A stretch of DNA of 64,000 nt from the human T2T-CHM13v2.0 reference genome, Homo sapiens, in the NCBI RefSeq assembly GCF_009914755.1, contig NC_060930.1; one strand, written 5' to 3'. The position numbers and the translations under genes were made by a program. The stretch's first letter is position 1, and every line of letters starts with the position of its first letter. The notes beneath the pieces were generated by a model. The model was not told the origin of the DNA. It saw only the letters and a program-made list of their open reading frames with translations, and ran no database searches. This document shows, one piece after another, positions 1 to 16,104 of the stretch.

Positions 1-121
1 GTGTGAGAGTATCTTTTTGGGGGAAAAATCCCCCCCCCAAAAATCAAAATCTATTTTTTCTATAATTAACCTTCCTCAGGAAGTGTTTGAAAGAATCAGA
101 GATAAAGCAATCACCTTCTAC

Positions 122-243
122 CTTTAATAATATGAATGCCTGCTAAGCCATTGAGAGCACAAACTAGCTGTCGATGTGCTTCTTCACATTCAGTTCCACA
201 TTTCTTCTGCAAAGATGTCAGCAGCTCTTCCATTGTCATGGTG
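122..243 (-). CDS. SHPRH: SHPRH exon 14 (TMTMEELLTSLQKKCGTECEEAHRQLVCALNGLAGIHIIK)
   Basis: cttttag|CAC acceptor, AAG|gtagaa donor, 122 nt, frame continues from exon 13. Confidence 0.93.
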
Positions 244-1121
244 CTAAAAGAAAAGGTAGACTGTTCAAAACTAGAAAGAAAATCCCAAGTGTGACTTCAG
301 TGGGAGTGTTATATCTCACATGATCAAGAGTGTATGAGACTCGCAGTTTTTGTGGTATCTCTAGCATTTTTTTTCGCCTCAATTTTTACCATTATTTTTT
401 CCCACATAAGTACCTTTATTTGATCACATCCTTCTTTAAGTTTTTCCCATTTCAGTAAAGGGAGAATGAAACTAGAAAAATCTTCCTCAAGTACAAAGTA
501 CAGCATGACATATTTGAAACATTACAGGTATTAACATGTAAGACTGACTCTGAATCCCAGCACTGCAACTTAATTAGAAAACCTCTTTGAGCCTGAATAT
601 TTTTTTAATCAGTAAAAAATGAAGATCCTCTAAGGTTAAATGCCATTCCTTCAAAAGGCTGTCTAACCTTAACCATTCATATATAAATTGTTTTCGGACT
701 CTAACTGTACACAGCAATTTGTTCATATATCTTTTGAAATTTACTATGTTCACTTCATATTTTAGAAATCTATAATTTTCATCATTTCCCTTATTTGTCT
801 ATAACCTGCTTAAAAGCAAAGACAAAACTGAATCCTCTTTCTATCTCTTATAGCCAAAGGCCAGTTCCTGAGTTGCAGTCTGATTCACAAAAACTTTCTG
901 GGACAATAGAGTATTATGAACACAAATTTCTTAATGTTCTCAGAATGAATAATCAGAGAGATAGAAAATATTTAACGGTAATCTAACTCCCTGATGTGGG
1001 AACTATGAAATAAAATAAGAGCAAAAGCCTTTCATATCTGGAGTACAGCCAAAACCCTAAATAACAAAATAATTTTAAAAAAAACCTCAACAATAATCCT
1101 AATTTTAAAAGAAGTGTTCAA

Positions 1122-1766
<645 letters not shown>

Positions 1767-1976
1767 CCATACCCACTGCAAAAGAGAAATGCTTAAAACC
1801 ATGAAAATAATTCTGGTAATTCTCCGTTGCAAATGAGCTTCCATACCAAAGAAAACCCTCTACACCATTAAAGATAACTGACAACTCAGTTACATGTCTC
1901 TGAATGAAACCGTGGGCCTGAAATATTGTCTATTATGATATACCAACTGCAATTAAAAAAAAGTTGATAATAAAAC

Positions 1977-2233
1977 CTTTTTTGGAGTGGCAAGAACTCT
2001 CCACGAACAGCCTGTGGGTGACAGCAGGCCTGTCTGAGCCTCAGCAATGGATACAGGATAGAGGTGACAGTCCTTCTGTCTAGGCTGCTGAGCTTCAGAG
2101 CCCAGTCAGAAATCTTCCTGAGTTTTACCACCACATCCTGGCAGCACACCTCATGCTGACGGTGATAGAAATGCCTTTCCACTGGAGAAAAGTGGAGCCA
2201 GTGTATTTCTTCGGTTTGTGGTGGTATTTGGAT
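1977..2233 (-). CDS. SHPRH: SHPRH exon 13 (IQIPPQ...LLRLRQACCHP)
   Basis: ttcacag|ATC acceptor, AAG|gtttta donor, 257 nt; Rad5-family LRQACCHP motif. Confidence 0.95.
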
Positions 2234-2347
2234 CTGTGAAAAGGAGCAGAAAAAAAAAAAAAGATATCATCTAAAAATTTATCTTTCCATCCCAATTGTT
2301 TCTTTTCTCTTATAGTACCTTTATCAATAAAAACTTATTGTACTGAC

Positions 2348-2511
2348 TTGGTCAATCACATCTTTCTTTGCAGACCTCCACAGTATCTTGGCAATAAAGC
2401 TGTAGAGATGCTGAGGATTCTTCTTGCAGTAAGGCCGATAGAGAAGTCGAACCCACCAGTGTTTGACACAGTAAGGTTCAATACCAAGAAAGACCACTAA
2501 CCCAAAAAGAT
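2348..2511 (-). CDS. SHPRH: SHPRH exon 12 (DLFGLVVFLGIEPY...LWRSAKKDVIDQ)
   Basis: ttttcag|ATC acceptor, CAA|gtcagt donor, 164 nt; followed by a 114-nt intron. Confidence 0.94.
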
Positions 2512-3409
2512 CTGAAAAGAAAAAATAAAATACATTGAGGATAACTCTATTACTTCATTACTAGTTTGCAGAAGCTTTTCTACAGACATTACACAGCACA
2601 TAGAACTTTCCATGAATTAAAATACAGGCTGTATAGGCTCTTAAATCTGAAATTCAATTCCAATTCCATTTATACTTATTGAGCATCTATTCTGCCCTAG
2701 GTTTTGGGCTAGGTGCTAAAATAATGTTAGATTTATGCAACCATTCATTACATACAGCTTATACTTAATTCAAAAATCTGAAACTGTTATCAGAAGTTAA
2801 ACCAAAAAACCACTCAACTGAATGTACTTGGTAAGACATATATAAGAAATACCATGCTCTGAAACCAATAGATGCAAGATTTGCTGGATTGGAAAAAAGA
2901 ATTTCTAAGCACACAGATGACATGAAGAATATTCTCTGATGCAATATTTCTCATACCCTTTATCTAATAATTCTCCTAGAAAAGAAGCCTAAGAGAGTAA
3001 TAAAAATATAGATAAGATTTACTTACACAGTGATATTCATAGCAACAATATGTAGAAAAATGACTCAAATAAATAAATTATAGTAATCCCACAAAATAGA
3101 ACTATTTTTCTTTTCTGATTCAGCATGCCTTGTATTTGTTAGCTTTAGAGCATGGGACTTCTTGTTTATCTCTTTACTGGGCACAGTCAATTTTATATTC
3201 TATTCCCCTCCACCTGCCCACTTAACATACCCTAAACAGTTTTCCATATATTTATTTGTGAGGACTTAATGAAAAACTGCTTTGGATATGAAGTGGAAAA
3301 AAAAAAAGGAATATAAAATTGTGCATGCAGAATAAGCTCAAATATATAAACATCTATATAGAAAAGATCTTCAAATGAAGACTATGAGTGTAATTTTGTA
3401 ATTTTCTTT

Positions 3410-3814
<405 letters not shown>

Positions 3815-3879
3815 TGAAGATGATCAACAAATATTTAGATTGAATTAAGTTACCTTGATGGTTGCTGGGAGTTAGCAAC

Positions 3880-5135
<1,256 letters not shown>

Positions 5136-5138
5136 ATC

Positions 5139-5510
5139 TGCTATGGTTTGAATGTATCCCCCAAAAGTTCACGTGTTAGAAGCTTAAACTCCAGTGAATA
5201 ATATTAGGAGGTGGGGCCTAATTATATGTGACTCAGTCATGAGGGTGGAACCCTCATGAGTGGATTAATTGTCATTATTGCAGGAGCGGGTTAGTTATCT
5301 CAAGGGTTGGTTGTTACAAAGCGAGTCCAGCCCCTGGTGCTTCTCTCTATCTCATGTACTCCCTTCCACCTTCCACCATGAGATGATCCTCGCCAGTTGC
5401 CAGTGTCATGCTCTTAGATGCGCCAGCCTCTAGAATTGCGAGTTAAACAGACTTCCCTTCTTTGTAGTTATCCAGTCTGTGGTATCCTAACAGCAAAAAT
5501 CTGACTGAGA
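5139..5510 (+). mobile_element. MaLR solo LTR (MST-like)
   Basis: Starts tgctatggtttgaatgt; MaLR 3' motif ccagcctctagaa...ccagtctgtggtat. Confidence 0.75.
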
Positions 5511-5959
5511 TTCTATCCTACCTCACAAAGAAATAAATCAAATACATAAATAATAACAAATGAAATAATAAATGCATCACAAAGTACTTGTTAAAGTCAA
5601 TACTTTCGAAGACATTAAAATAAATAAATGACTACATAAATGGAAAATAAAAACAACAAAAGGAGAAGTAGAGGCAGCTATCATTCATTGAATATTTAAT
5701 ATTTGTTAGGTACTGTGCTAAATCCTTTGTATACTTCATCATAATTCATCTTTAAAACACCTTATTTTATAGATAAGAAAAATAAGGACTTAAATGTTTA
5801 AGGAATTTGTTTATGGACATACAACTAATAAGTCCGGATGTAAACCCCAGTTTTTATATTCCCCAAAGCCAATGCTTTCTATATTATACAAATGAATACA
5901 TTATGTAGACATAGGGTGTGGCGGGTGGAAGGAGTTAGGAAGCATTCTTCCATATTTGA

Positions 5960-6142
5960 CATCCCAAGTAGATGACATTATTTCAGTCTGGCAATTTCTG
6001 AAGACATTTCTGGGTGTCAGAATTGTAGGAGTGCTACCAGCATCTAGTGGGTAGAAGCTAAACATCCTAAAGCATACAGGACAATTCCCAAAGAAGAATT
6101 ATCTGGCCCCAAATGTCAATATGGCCAATGTTGAGAAACCCT
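5960..6142 (+). mobile_element. MER20 (hAT-Charlie) fragment
   Basis: gcatctagtgggtaga...aattatctggccccaaatgtcaat...gttgagaaaccct. Confidence 0.75.
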
Positions 6143-7792
6143 AGTTTAGCACAAAAAGAAAACAAATGAGACTTCCATGTCCAAATACAACAGAGTAAGT
6201 CATGAGCAGGCTAACATTCCTAGTGTGACAACTAGAAAAAAAACATTTAATTGCAAGAATCAGAAAGATACCAGAGAGATATGGAAGTGAGGAAGAAAGA
6301 CAAAATTCTAGAAAGTCTGGAAAAGCTCTTTTGGAGCTGACTTGGAACACGACGAAACTTGCCTTATTGTGCACATATATTCATGGCTACAAATACATGT
6401 CAAAACTTTTCAAATGTGGTATTTTAAACATTTAGTTATATGTCATTTATATCTCAATGAAGTCCAAATAGCTCATTAAAGTTGGTTTTTAAAAAATTAG
6501 GAATTTGTTGAATGGTGACAGGTGCTCAAAACACTTGCCAACATCTTGTATCTCCAAAAAAACCGACCCAGGAACTAAGAAATTATTGCTCATACTCTCT
6601 CAACATTAAAATGAGAAAAAGTAACTCTGATAGTCATGTACTCTTTTCTGTACCCTCTCAGCTAACTTTTGAGCTGGGTAAGATCTCAGACCTTATTAAC
6701 GCCTAAACATTTACAATTTCGACAGTTTCCAAACATGAAAGGAGACCACTAAATGTGGTCCTTTACTGAACGTAATATTATTCTATAAATATGTATCTAA
6801 ATGTAACATTTAAGTGATGCAAATATTTAAATATATACTAGAAAATATTACTAGAAAACCTTTTCCTCCTAAAAATAATCATTGGAAAACACTGCTTTTA
6901 AAGGTCAAAGTAATGGATACTGAGATTTTTGTTTTAGCAGAGTGAGTTATGCTGCTGAAAACATACGAAAACTTGGATTTTCAGAAAGATAAGTTTTGAA
7001 GATGAGTATTTACTACAGAACTCCAAGTATGTTTAAATTTTGTAATTTAACTACACTTTAATAACAACTTTTAGGGAAATACATAAAACAAGATTTAAAC
7101 TTTTCATTTTAGATATTCACAACTTGAATAAAGGTTTTAGAAATGCAGTGTCCGTTCTACTGTGATATTGAATAAGATTAAGGTAGAAGGATCATTTCAA
7201 TGCACGTGTGGAGAGGAGGAAAAAACTAGACACAATCTAAATGCTCAAGTAAAGGAATGGTAGAAACAATAACGGTATATACATATAGTGTGACATTATA
7301 AGACTACTAATAACTTATATAATTACTAAAATTATGGCCCTAGTATTCCTGGGTTCACACAATAAAAATTATAGTCTCCATTTTCATAGACACAGTTAAT
7401 TGAAATTAATTCCCTTTCTCTCTTTTTCTGCCTCTCCCCACCCCCCCCACCCTTTGTTTCTTTTTGGGTTAGATTCTTTGTTTTCTACCTATGACTTTGG
7501 AACTCTAATTTTAATTCAGACCTATATCTATGCTGTTTAGGCAGGTACAATAATTGTTCAACTTAAGGCAATGAGACCTCTTAATATATATCGGTCCTCA
7601 TATACATAAACAGAAAAATCACCTGAGTCCCATTTAAAAAGATAAATGCTTGAAACTATTAGGAGTCAACTATAAAGACATGAATCATCACTTCAATAGG
7701 GACTGCAGCAAAGGTTAAGCATAACAATACTTTTCTCTCTAAAAAATGAAGCTTTTCAAATGCATGCAATATGTGAGGAAACCATACATTAC

Positions 7793-7871
7793 CCTCTAAT
7801 CCTCTCTGTACTGGAGTGCCACTGATACACCATCGATTAATCCCACTCAAACGCTGGGCCATTTCTGCAGC
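7793..7871 (-). CDS. SHPRH: SHPRH exon 11 (motif III, RWCISGTPVQ)
   Basis: tcatcag|GCT acceptor, AGG|gtaatg donor, 79 nt. Confidence 0.96.
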
Positions 7872-8692
7872 CTGATGAGAGGGAAAAATGAAATAAAAAT
7901 GAAATCCAGAAAACCACAGAAAGAACACAGAAGTCAGGCATACTCATGAAAAACAGCCCATTAAAAGCTACACTTCTGGTGAGATGTACCTACTTTTATT
8001 TAACAGTTATCACACTCAATGTTGAATGTCATATTCAATGGACCATCTTCCAGTACAGTGGTTCTCATTAGTGGGAGGCTGCCACGCAGTCCCCTAAAAC
8101 AGAGGGGTAGTTCAAATACGTACAAAATGAAAAAGCCCCCTGAATAACTGATCCATGCCCTGCATCACTCTATCCTCCAGATATACTAACAGACATGATT
8201 CATACATTCAGTTCAGGTTACAGACTGGCCAAAGACAACAGAATAAAGACATATGACATTCAAAGGCTGAATCAAAATTCTGTCCTCTAAAGTAGTATTT
8301 TCTGTTACCATTTGGCCTCTGATTTAAAAGACTGTCAAAGTCAACTTTGGTTCAAAGCTATCAGAGGCTACACGATGAGCTCCCAGTTAGCAGAAATGCT
8401 TACAGAAGTTCCTAAACACAGTTTACTTTGATCTGCATCATATATAAACAGACATCTTACTGAAAAATATATATTTCATATAGAGCAATGAGTCACAGAG
8501 TACAGAACTAATTTCAAAGGGTTATGTAGTTCAAAGCACAAGAGAAAAGCACAAGTAGTGTTTAATAACAAACTTTTGACCAATATCAGTACTACAGGTT
8601 AACTATGCTTAAACTATTAAACTACTCAAGGTCCCCTAATTCCTTTTCACCCTTCTTCCCCAGCCCTCAAAAGATTTTGCAGAAACTCTCAC

Positions 8693-8944
8693 TTTTACTG
8701 TGGGACACTCAACCATCTGAGCTTCATCAAGGCAGATCCTCCACCACTCCACAGCTACCAGGGGGCTCGGGATAGCCATATAGCGCTTCTGGTTCCGTAG
8801 GCGACGCCCATCCTCACTATTGCTATGTGGGATATCGACATAATTTAATTCTGAACGCAGTACATCATAGGTAATGATAACTATATCCTGTTCTGCCAAA
8901 AAATGAGGTTGTAAAAAGCCATCTTTCTTCACTCCTTGATATAC
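8693..8944 (-). CDS. SHPRH: SHPRH exon 10 (motif II, WWRICLDEAQ)
   Basis: tcctag|GTA acceptor, AAA|gtgaga donor, 252 nt. Confidence 0.96.
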
Positions 8945-10212
8945 CTAGGAAATAATCAATACAGGCAGTTATTGCAAAAAGGCTCACTAAAGGCAATGAA
9001 ATATTCACTCATTTATACCCTTACTAAGTCCTCTCTATTTTCTTAGGAGCATTCATGCTATGAGACAGATCCCATACCTGTTTGGAGAAAGACATGTTTT
9101 AGTGTGGAAGATGAATTACATAACTGATGTGCAACAAACTGTAATAAATGTGAACATGACAGCATCACAGTGGAAAGACCAATTCTGTAGCGGAGAAGGT
9201 AAAATCACAGAGGAGTTAAAACCTGAGGTATATCTTAAAGGTTCTCATAGGTGGCAAAAAGAGAAAAGGGCTATATGTAGGTAGGAGGATGGAATCAATA
9301 GCATATGTGAAAGCACAATGGTATGAAAAAGTAGAACAATAAGAGCTATTATTTATGAAATGCCTTTTATGTTTCAGATACTGTGCTAAGCATTATCTCC
9401 AAACTTCAACAATAATTCTGTTGGTGGTTGTTAATATTCCTATCCCACACATAAGAAAAATAAAGTGACTTGCTCAAAACTGATGGAACTAAGACTCAAA
9501 GCTTTGCCTACCCACACAGAATAGAGCTTCTTAACAGCAAAAATTGTTTTGCTTATTACAGTATTCTCCATGCCTATGTAAAGTGGATGAAATACAAAAA
9601 CCTTCAGTAACACTTGCATGGAAAGAAGGAAGAATGAAATTAGTGAAGGGTATTAATATTAGGAAACAATAACATTACTATGTGCCCAGTACTTGACAAA
9701 ATCATATCTTCACAAATGACTGGATACTATTTTTAAAACTCAGCAGTTCCTGGCACATAATAAGTGGTCAATAAAGATTTGCTGTATAAGTAAATTCTTA
9801 TTTTACAGCTGAGGTAACTGAAGCTTTAGAGGATGATTTTGGAGCTAAGAGATGGCAGATCAGATAAGTAGCTCCTATTACACAGTGCTGCCTTTGGATT
9901 GCATTTCTCTCTGAAGACTATAAATGCTTATACCAAGAATTTCTCATTTACATACTCAAGAATTTTTAAAAAGCTTCCACATCTTTATACTCAAAATGCT
10001 TTAATTGGTGAAATTCTGATGTTAGAAAAGAATAACATTGTACTGTTCTAGTTCTTAGTCTCAATTTTTTTCTTTAAGCTTTGATTTAACATTACTATTA
10101 AATCATTCAGTTAGTTTTGAGGATAAACCACAAAGAAACAAAGATTAGGAAACTATCATGAAGAAGCAAAACTTTACATTTTCCTCTCCCTCTTTAGTCC
10201 AAGTGGCCTTAC

Positions 10213-10872
10213 CAAGACTCGAAGAGATGACGACCTCACATGCCTGTTGATCTCATCCACCCACTGGTGACAGATGGAACTTGGAGAGATGATCAGAGTT
10301 GCTCTTGTTGACACTGGTTCCATTGCAACAAGGCAGTGGGGGCAGTAAAAAGGCTTGATCTTCAGATTTTTCTCATCATAATTCACACACTTTGCATGTT
10401 GCCACAGGTGACACTTCAGGCATTGAACACGAGGCTTACGATCTATCTGATCAAGTTCACCACATATACACTCAAAGCGGTAATCAGAGGTGTTAAAGGG
10501 ACTCATGGTATTAGAAGGTGGTACATCACTATCAGCATGATTTAGAGATTCAGCACAGTCCTCTGTTTCATGTTCTTGGTTGAATTCAGAGATACATGTA
10601 CTTTTAGACATAGCAACATCAGTTATTCCAGAGTCGCTAGTAGCTGGACAGTGACCTTGTGAATCGGGATTGATAAATGGTTGACTTTTTCCTTTTTTTG
10701 TGGATGGAACAAGCTTTTTCCTCAATTTACTGCGATTTCTCCTGGACTTATAATAATAATAGTAAGGATCATCATCATCATCAGAGGTGTCTGATGGCAA
10801 GTATTCAGAATCTGTGTCCTTGTTCCCTGATTTTCTAGTTTCTTTCTGAATTTTCCTTGGACTCCCTACTGC
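10213..10872 (-). CDS. SHPRH: SHPRH exon 9 (PHD finger, helicase motif Ia)
   Basis: ttcatag|GCA acceptor, TTG|gtaagg donor, 660 nt; CICG..QCLKCHLWQHAKC..CPHC (C4HC3) then TLIISPSSICHQW. Confidence 0.97.
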
Positions 10873-11916
10873 CTATGAAAAAAATATTTAATTAATTGAT
10901 TGCAACTAGTTGCATTTCTGAAATTAAACTCCTGACTTTATGTAAGTACTTCATATAATTATGTAGCAGCCAGTCTTTGCTACCCTTTTCCCTGAGGAGA
11001 ATCACTCCTGATAAGTGGCTTCCAATCTGCCCTCTGTAAGGACCCTCACTTCATCTCAAAACAAAAGGAAGGCTCTACAAGTGTCAGATTTGGAGAGATG
11101 AAAAATTAGAAAGATAAAGGAAGCTACTGATATTTTGTTATTTACCTACTATGATTTAGTCTACCTAAATCAATACAAGACTAGTACTTTTCGAGTACAT
11201 AAATATACAAATCAGGGCAACTACAAAAACACCAAGTACTAAAATATAGCATCCAAAGAAAGTAAAAGATAATCCACTGGTTACTGCAATTAGCAAATTG
11301 ATTCCTTCTTTCCTTCCCTTTTCTACATATGTCCTCTCTTACAATTACTTATTAAATGCCAATTCTGTGCCAGTAGTTGTGTTAGATGCTAGGGACACAA
11401 ATATGAACAATATTTGGCCCCCGGTTTCAAAGGGGTCTACTGGAAAAGTGAGAACAGTAAAAAGTAAAATGATGCTATGGGAATACCTAAGAGGGTTGTA
11501 CAACATAGTGGGAGTATGATAGGCAGGTAGTTAATAGGGACAGCTTCCTCCAAGGCATATCAGGGCTGAGGTCGAACAGGGGAGTTAAGACACAACATGT
11601 AATCAATGGCATTAACTGAGGGAAATCTTCTAGTTTTGGTGGTAGCAGGATTACCAAAAGCACAGTTCACTGCTGTCTTCAGTGCTACCCAAGGATAATA
11701 TAGACTCCCTACTCCAGAAAATAAATTTTTTGTCTTTTTCTTGGTGGCCGAGCTGGTAGCTCCACATTTTGACTTGTTGTCATTAATCTTTATTTATGAT
11801 TGCAAATATTATAACTATTTTCCTAAAAGCAAATTGAAATTACTGGCCCAACAGAAGCAGTTTTCTAACAAAATGCAGAAATTGTATAAGATAATAATAT
11901 AAAGAAAATGAGAATT

Positions 11917-12145
11917 TAGAAGTTCCAGACCTGCCTGGGCAACATAGTGAGAACCCCGTCTCTACAAAAAAACAAGAAAAATTAACCAGGCATGGTGACA
12001 TGAGCCTGTACTCACAACTACTTGGGAAGCTAAGGCAAGATGACAGCTTGGCACAGGAGTTCAAGGCTGCAGCTAGCTATGACCACTGCATTCTAGCCAG
12101 GGCAATAGATGCCCTGTGTCTTAAAAAAATAATAAAAATAAATAA
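11917..12145 (+). mobile_element. 5'-truncated, diverged AluJ
   Basis: End of left arm plus right arm and A-rich tail. Confidence 0.8.
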
Positions 12146-12450
12146 TACAGAAGATGCTTTATACTCTATAATACGCTTAGCCAACTAGTTTTTTAATTCA
12201 CTCAATAAATATCTGAGTATTTGTTACGTGCCAAGCATTATTCTCTAGGTTTAATGATAGCCAAAGTAAAGTTACTCTCACGGAGTTTATATCCACAAAG
12301 TAGAAAGTAGAAGTTACAGATATAAGTACTTTTCCTATTTTTTTATCTTCAGATCGTAAGAGTTTCAGTTTCAAGGTGGGATCTGTCAATGTACTCAGTA
12401 AGGTATCACATACGTGTACTTAATATAGAGCTGAACTTAAGCTCTGTTAC

Positions 12451-12707
12451 CTGCTTTTTTGTTTTATCACATATATCCTCTTCCTTGTAATTCTTTCCCA
12501 ATGTAAAAGTCCCAGAAAAACCATGGCCTTTGATCTGTTTCACGAGACCTTCAAAAATTAAACATTTCAGCATCCGTTTCAAAAGACTCCTGTTCCGTTG
12601 AACATCGTATCTATATATAGAACTGACATACTTATAGATGGAAAGGATGGACACTCCTTTTTTTCCATTCATTTCTTTCACAGCTGTCAGTATCATCACA
12701 CGTGTAG
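12451..12707 (-). CDS. SHPRH: SHPRH exon 8 (H15 linker-histone globular domain)
   Basis: catttag|CTA acceptor, CAG|gtaaca donor, 257 nt; KKGVSILSIYKY...LVKQIKGHGFSGTF resembles the H1/H5 winged helix. Confidence 0.96.
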
Positions 12708-13302
12708 CTAAATGTAAAAGGATATGCTAAATCAGTCAAAATAATTAAAATGAAAAGAAAGTAAAACTTGGTTAATCTTAATCTGCATGAGGACTGAGTT
12801 AAGAAAGAAATAAATCAAAGATTTATTACAGCAGAGTGCCATTTTGAAAAAATATGTAATAAAAATGTATCTCAGCATATTAAGAAACAAATTACTGTAA
12901 TAAAAATAATCAAAGGAAGAATTACTCATATTGAATTGTTAATACTATAAAACAATCATTCAAAATTATAAAAGAAAACTCTCACAATTATTTAAGTATA
13001 CGCTACCATTAGTATGCGAAACATTCATTTCCTAAAAGATAAATAAAGCCTGGTTTAAACTGTAAGCTAAAGAGATTTAAATATAACAGACTGAGCAAGA
13101 ACTACCTGGGCCAAGTCAAACAAAATAATACATCTTTACTTTTGTTAAGATATTATGACTTGTAATTGAATTCATTTATCAAAAGCATATATAACTGTAA
13201 AAACAATTGTTTATAACAATTACAAGATATCTCTAAGGATTGCAAGAACTCTAGCAAAGATCACTATAAGAAGGTATTTCCTTTAAGAGATGTCTTACTT
13301 AC

Positions 13303-13411
13303 GAGGGCATTGAACTTTTTCTTTTGGTTCAAATTCGATATTCTGGATTTCTGTCTTTTTCAGTTTTCCTCCAAAATAATGTGACGGAATAAAATAATTC
13401 ACCACTTTTCC
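13303..13411 (-). CDS. SHPRH: SHPRH exon 7 (GKVVNYFIPSHYFGGKLKKTEIQNIEFEPKEKVQCP)
   Basis: gtatcag|GGA acceptor, CTC|gtaagt donor, 109 nt, open frame. Confidence 0.92.
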
Positions 13412-14562
13412 CTGATACAAACAACAGTCAGTAGTTACACAGTGTTTTGCTTTCAGTATTCTGAATTGCTTATTGAAATTAACTTTCCTTCTTTATGGAA
13501 ATGCAAAACAGTTCTAAAAAAATTGCAAGAGAAAGGGCCAAATAGCTGTAGATACATACACAGTTTTATTTCTGAGTTTACAGCTAGCTATCACTTAAAA
13601 AATTGTGCATATTATCTTAAATTACCTAAATGTTATGTGTGGAACCTCTGAAATTAACTTTTAAAGGTATATTTAAATATAAAATTAACCCATTGAATTT
13701 ATAATAATATGAAAATAACTTGGAATTAAAATAGTAATGAGTAGGAAATCTCAGAAAGAAGTTACTGATAGTTAAGTCAATATATTCCAAGTCATTTGTC
13801 TACAAAAAAAACATTTTTTTTTTAAATTTTCTACTCAAATCTGAAAGGCTAATTCTGCAAACTTGACCCTACTGAAAGATAACATAATGCTAAAGCTGTG
13901 AGACTGGTGGGTCCTAGAGGTAATTAATTATAATTATACCTTTAACTACTGACTTCATTTCAGCAAGATTTAATGTAAGGGCTGATTTCAGATTTCATTA
14001 CTAGAAAATATGAGCTATATACTATATTTGCCTTAGTGGACTTTGTTTCTGTAACTCTAAAATTTATATTTTTAAACACAATTATGTATTTTGGGACAAG
14101 GACTTGAAGTTTGTTTCATTTAGCAATCTATTTACTAAGCTACTTGTTCTTTAACAAAGTTCTAATTATTTGGTTCTAAGATTTATATATATGAGATTTG
14201 TATAACATTTTTAAATAGCTCTTAAAAATATTTAGTAGTAATATGGAGACTTTATTAGTGACAAAACATTTGAGGAGTCAACAGTACTTTTGTAAAGGAG
14301 TTTCTCTGCCAACTAGAAGAAAGTTCAGTAAGTGATCACAAATTCTCTTCCTAGTTGGCCAACATTACTTCAAAAATAAACCTTCTGGGTCACAAACACC
14401 CCATTCTCTCTGCCCACTTGAAGTTAACTAACCACTAATATAAATCATTACCCACAGAGTGAACAGAAAGTGTTGACTTAAGTGCCAAGCAAATGTTCAA
14501 CATACGATGCTTTTCGAGAACATATGTCCCCTGCTTTTGCAAGCCCTACTATACCCTCCTAC

Positions 14563-14713
14563 CTCGGGAAGAGTGAGAGCATCTTGCTTGACATCTTGTC
14601 GAGTATGTGTCAGAATCAGAGCCAAAACCTCCACTGTCTTTCCAAGACCCATCTCATCTGCTAAAATTCCACCAAGCAACTGCGGCCCAGAATTTGGGTA
14701 CTCACGAATGATG
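14563..14713 (-). CDS. SHPRH: SHPRH exon 6 (helicase motif [14 protein letters not shown])
   Basis: tcctcag|CAT acceptor, GAG|gtagga donor, 151 nt; SNF2 Walker A. Confidence 0.97.
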
Positions 14714-15341
14714 CTGAGGAAAAAAACAAGATAAATCACATCATAGGAATGTGAATACAAATTACAATGTTCCTAATTACTTTTCCTAAAGAGAACTGGA
14801 AGCAATGCATAAAGTCTAAGTTTATTGAAACTATATTTTAGGGCAAAACAATTCAAACCTTAGATTACAAACATTAGAACTGTGATAACCAAAAAAACTG
14901 CCTGAGCTGACAAGTAACTCTGCAGAAATGAGTGGTAGTTAAAAGAGAACACGTCTGCCTTCTTTCTATGACCTTTATGAATCTATGAATAAAAAAAAAT
15001 ACAAAGGGCAATAACTACTATTCATTCATGATGTTTAATGATTACTAAGAAAAAATAAAACTGACCCCATAATAAACAAGATAACATTTTTACTTTAAAT
15101 AATAATCTCTTTTAGTCTTGATAACTAAGCACCTTATGTCTATTATTCCAAATTCATTTACTGAAAAATGACAAGTGCTATTAATTCTAAATCTATCCTA
15201 TCCATAGATATGTCTAATCAAGACTTCACCTTTGATTCCTTCATGAGGTAGAGTCAAAGTTACAGATATGCTAACAATCTCAGACAGTTTTTCATTATAT
15301 TTATTTTTTAAATCAAGCATATAAGTAAAATTTTGCCTTAC

Positions 15342-15420
15342 CAGCCTGTATATGGATTATAGTAGAGTTTCAGACCCTCAGATGTAACAATCTCTCGCCA
15401 TAAGAAGTGCAGGGCACTTT
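15342..15420 (-). CDS. SHPRH: SHPRH exon 5 (ESALHFLWREIVTSEGLKLYYNPYTG)
   Basis: ttctttag|AAA acceptor, CTG|gtaagg donor, 79 nt, phases fit neighbours. Confidence 0.93.
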
Positions 15421-16104
15421 CTAAAGAAAAATATAATCATAATAACAAATTTTTGTTTTCCCTTCAGTCAGATAATCACATTAAAAAAAGAATAGGTTAA
15501 CAGTGAGGATACTCTGGCATAGTGATACCCATATTCTTGTGAAATCTCATTCTGGAAAAGCCACATACTTAACACATGAGTAAAAAGCTAAAAGTCCCTC
15601 TATTTCCTTTCTTCTGATATTACTCTTTAGCTCCCTTTGTTTTGGGCACAAATCCACATCAGCAAATAATAGGACAGATAAGCAAAGTGTGGCAGATTAC
15701 AGAGAATTAACAGGAAAACTAATACATATAACCAGCTCCTACCTGATGAATGAGTCTATTTTTAATAAATCTTGCAATAAATTATATGAAGTCTTTGAAT
15801 AACTCAATAGACATATGCTAGGTGGCTAAATACATTTACCCGAATCAGACCTGACCTCTTCTACGGGTCTGAGAGTGGGAAGAAAGGCTTACTTAACTGG
15901 GAAAAAAATATCTAAAACCATAACTCAGAAGTGCTGAGTTTGTTTCTACCAGAATCTTCCACTAGCCTTCTCCTTAATATTTTAACTTATTTAAACCAAC
16001 TGCCAAATAAGTAGCATGTCTCTACCCACCAATGAAACAGCAAGTAATTTTTAATTGGCTTCTTTAGAGATTAATAGATATTTTATATTTTTATATTCTA
16101 GAAT

